NCBI GenBank assembly: GCA_017541665.1
Contig: JAFXYP010000036.1
Coordinates: 8,686-72,685, forward strand
Origin: Lentisphaeria bacterium
GTDB taxonomy: Bacteria > Verrucomicrobiota > Lentisphaeria > Victivallales > UBA1829
Length of the DNA: 64,000 nucleotides
Direction of reading: 5' to 3'
Below are positions 17,945 through 25,600 of the stretch, piece after piece. The notes beneath the pieces were generated by a model that did not search any database, had not been told where the DNA came from, and saw only the letters and a list, made by a program, of their open reading frames with translations. Every line of letters starts with the position of its first letter. Positions within the stretch are counted from its first letter, which is position 1. Made by a program: the position numbers and the translations under genes.

Positions 17945-18889
17945 TCAGCCTTCCATGATATGAAGTTCGCGGATCTCGCGGTCGCGGATGCCGGACTGCA
18001 CGGCGAACGCATGCGGCTCCAGATAAACGTCGTCGCAGTCGCTCAGCCCCTGCGCCCGGAGTTCGGACACGATCTGCGCACAGACCGCCTCGATCCGCTC
18101 CGCCTTCTTTTCTCCGGGGTCCATTGCAGTCAAAAGGACCGCCAGCTCGTCCGAAAGACCGCCGAGCTTCGGCAGGTTCCGCATCGCCCGGAACACCCAT
18201 TTGTAGTACGGTGCGAAATGCCGGTTCAGCAGGAACGCCATGGACGCGGCGTTCCGCACGAATTCGTCCAGCGCGAGCGCCGCCGCCCCGGGTTCGCCGT
18301 GCCGAAGGCATCGCAGGTAGTTGTACTGCCCGCTCTGCGCCATGAAGACGGCGCGCGCCGCGATCTTCTTCCGCCGCACGTCCTCCGGCATGCCGGTCCG
18401 GATCGTCTCCCGGATGCCGGAAAAGACGCCGGTATCGTCGCGGAAGACCGCGCCGTTCACGGCCTCGGCGAACGCATGGTCCGGCGTGTAGAGCCATTGC
18501 CGCCAGTTCTCCGGCGCGCCGGGGAATCCCAGATGCCGCCGGTAGAAATCCCCGATCGTCATGACGCCGTCCTCGGCCTCGCCGAACCGGCTGCAGCCCG
18601 TCCCGGATGCGCCGCCGTCCGGCGGGAACTCCTTCTTCAGGCGGGCATAGGCGCGCTCCAGGCGGAATCCGAAGGCACGTTCGTCCTCCTCCGTGATCCA
18701 GAGCTGGAATCCGATGAAATAGTCATGGTCGCGCGAGATCTCGTCATCGTAGCCGAAACACTCCGAGCCGTGCCCGGCGCGTCCGGCCGCGATCCGCGCC
18801 GCATCGCCGCCGAACTCGCGTTCCAGCATCGGCGCTCCGGCTTCCTCGTACCAGCGCCGCGCCGCGTCAATGCCCCGCATAGTATTCAT
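17945..18889 (-). CDS. Nucleotidyltransferase-fold + DUF4037-like protein
   Basis: Start at ATG 18889 (or 18880). G41S-x11-D54HD56 (GHGSECFGYDDEISRDHDYF) fits the Pol-beta NTase motif hG[GS]x9-13DhD. The remainder resembles DUF4037 (..YNYLRCLRHGE..LLNRHFAPYYKW..). Start overlaps the stop of the TPR gene. Confidence 0.7.
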   Translation of the reverse strand: MNTMRGIDAARRWYEEAGAPMLEREFGGDAARIAAGRAGHGSECFGYDDEISRDHDYFIGFQLWITEEDERAFGFRLERAYARLKKEFPPDGGASGTGCSRFGEAEDGVMTIGDFYRRHLGFPGAPENWRQWLYTPDHAFAEAVNGAVFRDDTGVFSGIRETIRTGMPEDVRRKKIAARAVFMAQSGQYNYLRCLRHGEPGAAALALDEFVRNAASMAFLLNRHFAPYYKWVFRAMRNLPKLGGLSDELAVLLTAMDPGEKKAERIEAVCAQIVSELRAQGLSDCDDVYLEPHAFAVQSGIRDREIRELHIMEG

Positions 18890-19790
18890 CCGCGCGCCAG
18901 TTGAGTTCGTCTTCGAATTCCGGGCGGCCGAGCGGTCCGAACGCCGAAGCGCATTTGCGGCAGGTGTGGGCATAGTAGCCGTCACGGACCGCCGCAGGAT
19001 CGTCGAAACACCCCGCGGCCAGGTCCAGTTCCGCCGCGATCCGCGGGTCGCCCCGATTCTCCGCCGCATACATCTGCGCCAGATTCACGTGGGTGACTGC
19101 CGCATCCATCAGGTTCCCGCACGCTTTCAGCACGTCGAGCGCCTTGCGGTAGTACGCCTCGGCGTACTTCACATCGTGTTTCGCCGCATACGCCGCCGCC
19201 ATATTGTTGAGCAGTCCGGCGAACCGCCAGTCGTTCGGATCGAGATGTGCGCCGTAGCAGCGGAACGCTTCCTTGTAGTAGATCAGCGATTCGTCGATCT
19301 CGCCGAACGCCTGAAGCGCGGTCGCGCCGTTGAGCAGGATAGTCCCCGCGCTGACGCTTCCCGCGATGCCGAGCTTGCCGAGCAGTGTGAATCCTTCGCG
19401 CACCGCCTGCATGCCGCGTTCGCGGTCGCCCTGCATCCGGTAATGCCCCATGAGTTCGCTCAGAATGCCGAGTTCGCCTTCGCGGTCGCCGATGCGCCGC
19501 GCCTCGTCAAGCCATTTGCGGAGGTGTTCCCCCAGCTCGAACGTCCTTTCCTCGTTGAACAGCCGGTCGCTCTCCTCGATGATCTCCTGCATCGGGATGC
19601 GCCGTTGAGGGTTCCGGTGCGGCAGCGCGCCATGTCCGTGGTCGTGTCCGCAGTCGCAGCCGTTTCCGTGCGTATATTCCGCGCCGGGTCCGCTTCCGCG
19701 GGCGTGGCCGGCGTTTTCATGGCCGCGGCATCCGCACGGTTCTTCCAGCGGGCATTGCGGCTCCAGATAGTCTTCGGGATCGATCGTCAT
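18867..19790 (-). CDS. TPR-repeat protein with His/Cys-rich N-terminal segment
   Basis: Start at ATG 19790, preceded by AAGGAG. N-terminus CPLEEPCGCRGHENAGH..THGNGCDCGHDHGHGALPH. The remainder consists of TPR-like helical repeats (..YYKEAFRCYG.., ..AEAYYRKALDVLK..). Confidence 0.7.
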   Translation of the reverse strand: MTIDPEDYLEPQCPLEEPCGCRGHENAGHARGSGPGAEYTHGNGCDCGHDHGHGALPHRNPQRRIPMQEIIEESDRLFNEERTFELGEHLRKWLDEARRIGDREGELGILSELMGHYRMQGDRERGMQAVREGFTLLGKLGIAGSVSAGTILLNGATALQAFGEIDESLIYYKEAFRCYGAHLDPNDWRFAGLLNNMAAAYAAKHDVKYAEAYYRKALDVLKACGNLMDAAVTHVNLAQMYAAENRGDPRIAAELDLAAGCFDDPAAVRDGYYAHTCRKCASAFGPLGRPEFEDELNWRADEYYAGH

Positions 19791-19889
19791 CTTGCGGGGT
19801 CTCCTTGTTGTCGTCTGGCTAAACAATACCACGGTTTCATCCGTTTGTCAACCCCGCATCCGGGAAAAAACGGAAAGACGCCGCGAAAA

Positions 19890-20813
19890 TCATCCTCGCG
19901 GTCCGCCGGGGACGCGGATCAGCGAACGCCCCATGTGCTTCCGGCTGAACTGAATGAATTCATGGATGAACCGCTGGTCTCCGTCCGCCGTGTAGAGGAA
20001 GTCCACGCGCCGCAGGATGTCCCCCTCGGCAAACGACCCGGACTGAAGCGTCCCGGCTTTGACTTCGTTTTCCACGGCGAGTTCCGACAGCACCGAGATG
20101 CCGCCGCCCGCCTGCACCAGGATCTTCACGGCGTCGGACGAGCACACCTCCGTGATCTTCGACGGCGGCATCTCCGGCAGGCCATGTTCGCGCACAAAGC
20201 GTTCCAGCTCCAGGCGTCCGCCGGCATCCGACTCGTCGAGGACGAACTCCCCTCCCCGGCGGATGTATTCGCCGAGCGAAAACGTCTTCCGTTTGCAGTA
20301 GCCCGGCGCGAAAACGGGGCGCAGGCGGTCCATGCAGTACGGTTCGGACAGGAAAAACGCATGGTCGTACGGCGCGTCGGTCAGCGCCAGCGCGAGTTCG
20401 CCCGCGGCAAGCATCCGGTACAGCGTCTCCGGCGGCTCGATCTTCAGATGCAGGTCCCGGTTCGGGTGCGACTTCCGGTAAACCGCGTTCATGCCGATCA
20501 GCAGGAAACTCCCCGCCGTCGCGGTCCCGCCGACCGGATACAGCCGCTTCCCTTCGTTCGCACTCCTGAGCTTCCGCATGATGTCCGCCTCCATGGCGAA
20601 CAGGTGTTCGCACTCGTCCCGCAGGACCTCGCCCGCAGGCGTCAGGCGCACGTTGCGGCCGGTACGTTGGAAAAGCTGCATACCGAGGCGGCTTTCCAGG
20701 TTCGCGATCTGTTTCGTGACGTTCGGCTGGGTCATTCCGCTCATCGCGGCGACCTCCGTGAAATTGCACACGGCGGCGGCCGTGCGGAATATGGACAGGC
20801 TTCGTTCGATCAT
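19890..20813 (-). CDS. LysR-family transcriptional regulator
   Basis: 307 aa from ATG 20813. N-terminal HTH LSIFRTAAAVCNFTEVAAMSGMTQPNVTKQIANLESRLGMQLFQRTGR. C-terminal substrate-binding fold. Confidence 0.85.
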   Translation of the reverse strand: MIERSLSIFRTAAAVCNFTEVAAMSGMTQPNVTKQIANLESRLGMQLFQRTGRNVRLTPAGEVLRDECEHLFAMEADIMRKLRSANEGKRLYPVGGTATAGSFLLIGMNAVYRKSHPNRDLHLKIEPPETLYRMLAAGELALALTDAPYDHAFFLSEPYCMDRLRPVFAPGYCKRKTFSLGEYIRRGGEFVLDESDAGGRLELERFVREHGLPEMPPSKITEVCSSDAVKILVQAGGGISVLSELAVENEVKAGTLQSGSFAEGDILRRVDFLYTADGDQRFIHEFIQFSRKHMGRSLIRVPGGPRG

Positions 20814-20869
20814 GGTTTGCCCCTTGCGATTATGTTTTCGAGTTGAACTCCGACATATACTATACATCC

Positions 20870-20884
20870 ATAACTTTTCTTTAT
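20870..20884. promoter_or_regulatory. Candidate LysR-type T-N11-A box in the lysR/bioB divergent region
   Basis: ATAACTTTTCTTTAT (ATAA-N7-TTAT, T-N11-A) lies between the divergent starts at 20813 and 20989. Confidence 0.25.
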
Positions 20885-20988
20885 CAAACCATGCCGAATG
20901 ATTATTTTCAGTTTTGCTTCGCGCGGGGTATATTATATTTCGTCATTCTGCTTTTCGAACCAATTCCCCATCTTTCCTGGAGCCGCAC

Positions 20989-21993
20989 ATGGACCATACG
21001 ATCATCCACCCGCTCATCCGCAAAGCCTATTCCGTCCTGGACGGACAACCGATCTCCCGCGCAGACGCACTCTCCATCGCGGAAAATGTCCGCGGCGCCG
21101 ATCTGCTCGACCTGGTCTCCCTCGCAAACAAGGTCCGGCTGAAATTCGCGCCCGCCGTCCACGCGTGTTCCATCATCAACGCCAAGTCCGGCAGATGCCG
21201 CGAAAACTGCCGGTTCTGTGCCCAGAGCGCCGCATACGGCACCGGGATCGAGACCTATCCGGTCCTCGCGCCGGAAGCCGTGCTGGAAGCCGCCGGAAAA
21301 GTCTATGCCGAGGGTGTCCGCGCGTTCGGCTACGTGACCAGCGGACGCGGCTGGGACAAGCCCGATGCCGAGTTCCGGACGATCCTTGACACGCTCGACC
21401 TCCTGCATGCGAAACACCCCGATCTGCGCCTCTGCGTTTCGCTCGGCATCCTCTCCGAAGAATGCGTGAAGCTCCTCGCCGAACACCATGTCTGGCGGTA
21501 CAACATGAACATCCAGACCAGTCCGGCACGTTACGGCGAACTCATCGCCACCACGCACACGATCGAACAGAAGCTCGAGACCATCCGGCTCATGAAGAAG
21601 TACGGCATCACGAACTGCACCGGCGGCATCCTCGGACTCGGCGAGACCTGGGCGGACCGCGTCGACATGGCGTTCGCCATCCGCGAGATCGACGTCGAAT
21701 GTTCGCCTCTGAACATTCTGCTGCCGATCCCCGGCACGCCGCTGGAGCACGAGAAGCCCGTGACGCCCGCGGACGCCGCGAAGGCTTTCGCGATCTTCCG
21801 CCTCGTCAACCCGACGAAAGCGCTGAAATTCTGCGCCGGACGCGAAACCGTCATGAAGGATTTCCAAGGGCTTCTGATGCTGTCCGGCCTGAACGCCCTC
21901 ATGACCGGCGGATACCTGACCACGCGCGGACGCGAGATCGCACAGGACCGTGCGTTTACGGCGTCGCTCGACGGCTTCGGCGCGAAGGATTGA
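20989..21993 (+). CDS. bioB: Biotin synthase-like radical SAM enzyme (BioB family, variant auxiliary-cluster ligands)
   Basis: 334 aa from ATG 20989. CRENCRFCAQS (CxxxCxxC + QS as in BioB), YNMNIQTS (compare YNHNLDTS), NCTGGILGLGET, FCAGRE. Hand alignment to E. coli BioB. Confidence 0.8.
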   Translation: MDHTIIHPLIRKAYSVLDGQPISRADALSIAENVRGADLLDLVSLANKVRLKFAPAVHACSIINAKSGRCRENCRFCAQSAAYGTGIETYPVLAPEAVLEAAGKVYAEGVRAFGYVTSGRGWDKPDAEFRTILDTLDLLHAKHPDLRLCVSLGILSEECVKLLAEHHVWRYNMNIQTSPARYGELIATTHTIEQKLETIRLMKKYGITNCTGGILGLGETWADRVDMAFAIREIDVECSPLNILLPIPGTPLEHEKPVTPADAAKAFAIFRLVNPTKALKFCAGRETVMKDFQGLLMLSGLNALMTGGYLTTRGREIAQDRAFTASLDGFGAKD

Positions 21994-22014
21994 ACCATCG
22001 TCCCGCCTTACAAC

Positions 22015-22050
22015 AAAAAAAAACAGGGGACGGCGCGAACCGTTCCCCTG
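22015..22050 (-). terminator. Rho-independent terminator of the small Cys-rich protein gene (hairpin shared with the bioB 3' end)
   Basis: The minus strand reads CAGGGGAACGG-ttcgcg-CCGTCCCCTG followed by T9. It sits 33 nt after the stop at 22084. Confidence 0.8.
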
Positions 22051-22083
22051 TCGGATGGATGACGATGTGCTGAGGGATCGGGT

Positions 22084-22434
22084 TCAGCAGGCGAACGCCT
22101 CCGCGTTCTCCAGGAGCTTCGATCCGGCGGCGCATGCATCGCAGAAGCACCACTTGCCGCCTTTCGCCTTCGTCTCATGGGCGACCGCGGCAAGTTCCTT
22201 CGCCTTCGCCTCGCCGAAATACTCCACCGCCCGGGGCGAATCGAAGAATGCGAGCGCGTGGTCGATCGTGCAGACGTCTTCCTTCAGTTCCGCCAGCAGA
22301 GTGTCCGCGGCGGCCTTTTCCCCGGCGGTCCCGACGGCGTCGATCCATGTCTGCGCGGCGGACTTGAGTTCCCGGCAGCAGGACGGCGCTGCGATCATTG
22401 CTTTTGCGGTTTCGATGAGTTCCTGTTTGGTCAT
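22084..22434 (-). CDS. Small cysteine-containing hypothetical protein
   Basis: 116 aa with sensible amino-acid composition and its own terminator. Cys pairs SCC, CFCDAC and a C-terminal C. No family recognised. Confidence 0.55.
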   Translation of the reverse strand: MTKQELIETAKAMIAAPSCCRELKSAAQTWIDAVGTAGEKAAADTLLAELKEDVCTIDHALAFFDSPRAVEYFGEAKAKELAAVAHETKAKGGKWCFCDACAAGSKLLENAEAFAC

Positions 22435-22535
22435 TTTGACGTATTCCTTTCTGAAAGTTACGTGTTTGGTTCCGGTCCGGAACTACAATACACCGTCCGC
22501 ACGGAAAATGCAAGCGCTGCAATCGGATTCCGATG

Positions 22536-22569
22536 AAAAAAACATGCCCCCGGGGATAAGCCGGAGGCA
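22536..22569 (-). terminator. Rho-independent terminator of the giant repeat-protein gene
   Basis: The minus strand reads TGCCTCCGG-cttatcc-CCGGGGGCA-tg-T7. It sits 37 nt after the stop at 22607. Confidence 0.7.
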
Positions 22570-22606
22570 CGCCGTTTGCAGATAAAACTTGTTCGGAGAT
22601 ACCGGT

Positions 22607-25600
22607 TTATGCGATGGAGGAAAGCTCCTTCAGCACATCGACCTGCTTGTCGTCGACAAGGCCGGACGCGGCAAGGCTTCCCCCGCAGACGGACTGGACG
22701 TCGGCCGGCCAGGCGAGCACATCATCGACGGGCGGCCCGGCCGTACAAGGCTCCATTTGGACCTGTTCGGGAACCGGATAGCCGCAGGACCATTCATAGA
22801 GGATGTCGTCCGTGCAGTCCGGCGCGGCCGGGAGCGGATCGACGATCTCGCCCCAGTTTTCATCGTTTGCGGTCTCAGCCGGGTAGAACGTGCTGCCGGC
22901 ATTGTTGAGGCTCAGGGTGTAGTACGCACCGCCGCCCTGCGCGGCATTGTCCGACTGCATGGAGAAGTAGTATTCGCCCGCTTCGAGATGAAGCGCCTTC
23001 GTATCCGCCAGGTATTTCCCCGTCTGCTTGTCCAGCACGAGCGCGGTCGTCTGGAGCGTCTTCAGCTTGTACGTGCCGTTTCTCGCCTCGATCAGGCTGT
23101 AGACCGTGAACGTCGCGGCGCCGTCGGCCTCGACCGCGAAGCTCAGGTCGGCATCGTCGAAGGTCGAGAATCCGGCATAATCGAACTCGTCGCCGAATCC
23201 GACCCAGCCGTCGGCCAGTTCATAGCTGTATTCATCCACGAAGCCGATGCTGCCGACCATGCCGTACGGCCCTTGCTGCGTGATATCGGTCCAGTCGTCG
23301 CTGTTGTCCGCCTCCGTGTAGAACGTGCTGGCGGTGGCATTGAGGGAAAGATTGTAGGCGGCGGACCCGCCCTGCGCGGCGTTCGTCGACTGGATGGAGA
23401 AATAATACTCACCGGCATTCAGCAGGAGTTCCTTTGTGGTCGCCTCGTAGTCCTGCATCTGCTTGTTGAACGCGAGCGTGGTCGACTGAAGCGCTTTCAG
23501 CCTGTATGCGCCGTTTCCGGACTGGACCAGCTGATAGACCGTGAACGTCGCCGCATCGGTGGCGTCGATGGAGAAACTCAGTTTCGCATCGCTGAAAAGC
23601 GTAAATCCCATATAATCCACAGCGTCGCCGAAGCCGACCCAGCCCGAGGCAAGGTCGCCGGAATACCCGTCCACCACGCCGATGCCGCCCACGTCGCCAT
23701 AGGCGCCTTCCGTCGCGAGGCTGGTCCAGTCGTCGCTGTTGTCCGCCTCCGTGTAGAACGCGCTGCCGGGGGCATTGAGGGAAAGATTGTAGGCGGCGGA
23801 CCCGCCCTGCGCGGCATTCGCCGACTGCACGGAGATATAGTATTCGCCCGCTTCGAGCAGAAGCGCCTTCGTGACCGCTTCGTAGTCCCCGGACGACTTG
23901 TTCAGGGACAGGGAAGTCGTCTGGAGCGCCTTCAGGGAATATGCTCCGTGCCGGTCCTGAACCAACTGATAGATTGTGAACGCCGCCGCGTCGGAGGCAT
24001 CAAGGGAGAAGCTCAGTTTCGCACCGTTGAAAAGGGTAAATCCCATGTAGTCGACCGCATCGCCGAAGCCGACCCAGCCGGTCGCCAGGTCCGTGCTGTA
24101 CTCGTCGATCACGCCGACGTATCCGACATTCCCGTACGCGCCCGCAGTCTTCAGGTCGGTCCAGTCGTCATAGTTCTCGCCCTGCGTGTAGAACGTGCAG
24201 TCGGAGGGATTCATGGACACCGTGTACTGCGCATCCCCTCCCTGCGCCGCGTTGGACGACTGCACGCAGATATAATAGTCGCCGGCTTCGAGCAGGAGCG
24301 CCTTCGTGACCGCTTCATAATCGCCGGACTCCCTGTTCAGCGTCAGCGCGGTCGTCTGGACGGGGGTCAGCGTGTACATGCCGCTCTTCGTCTGCGTGAG
24401 GCGACAGATCGTGAACGACACGGCGTCGCCGGCGTTGATGGAGAACCGCAGGGATGCGGCGCTGTTGAGCGTAAAGCCTGTATAGTCGAACTCGTCGCCG
24501 AAGCCGACCCAGTCGCGGATGAGTTCACCGTCGAATTCGTCGATCACGCCGACGTATCCGACATTCCCGTATGCACCCGCGGTCTTCAGGTCGGTCCAGT
24601 CGTCGTAATTCCATCCTTCCGTGAAGAATTTGCTGTCTTCGCCGTTGAGGCTGATGCTGTAGTTCACGTACTTCGAGGAGTCCGCGGACTGCATGGAGAT
24701 GTAGTATTCGCCCGCCTCGAGCAGAAGCGCCTTCGTGGCGGCGTCGTATTCCTGCGTCTGCCGGTTGACCGTGAGAGTCGTCGACTGGAGTGCAGTCAGG
24801 GAGTATTTGCCGTTTTTGTCCTGGACAAGCCGGTAGACCGTGAATTTCGCCGCAGCGTCGGCATTGAGCGAGAAGCTCACCTGACCGGCGTTATACAGGC
24901 TGATCCGGGCATAGTCGGCTTCCCTGCCGCCGACCCAGCCGGACGTCAGTTCCGTGGTATATTCGTCCACCCAGCCGAGGTCGCCGACCGACCCGTCCGG
25001 GCCGAGCGCCTCAAGGTCGGACCAGCTGTTGCCGCCGTCCGCCGTGAAGAACGTGCTGTCTTCGCCGTTGAGACACACCCAGTAGTTGGCGCCTCCGCCC
25101 TGCTGGGCGTCGGTCGACTGCACGCAGATATAGTAGTCGCCCTTCGCGAGGAACAGGGATTTCGTCGTCGCCTCGTAATCCTCGTATTCCCTGTCATAGG
25201 AAAGCGAGGTCGTCTGGAGCGCCTTCAGGGAATAAGTGCCGCCGGCGGACTGGACGAGCTGGTAGACCGTGAACTTCGCCGCGCCGTCGGCGGTGATCGA
25301 AAAGCTCAGTTTCGCCGCGGTGTCGAGAGAGAATCCGGCATAGTCGACCGCATCGCCGAAGCCGACCCAGTCGCCGATCAGGTCGAAACTGTATTCGTTC
25401 AGGAAACCGAGGTAGCCGACCGATCCGCAGGCGCCTTCCGTCGCGAGGTCGGTCCAGTCGTCCTGGTTGTTTCCGAATGAAAAGAATTCGCTGCCGCCCG
25501 CCTCCGGGTCCTGGTTGAGGAGGATGCCGTAGTAAGCGCTGCCGCCCTGCGCGGCGTTGGTCGACTGCACCGAGAAATAATACTCCCCGGCCTCCAGCAG

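Noticed and set aside
22589-25480. 963-aa plus-strand ORF across the repeat region
   Set aside because: It is the antisense shadow of the PPC-like repeat gene. Its repeats are R/G/V/E-rich with no domain pattern. Promoter, SD and terminator signals all fit the minus-strand gene.
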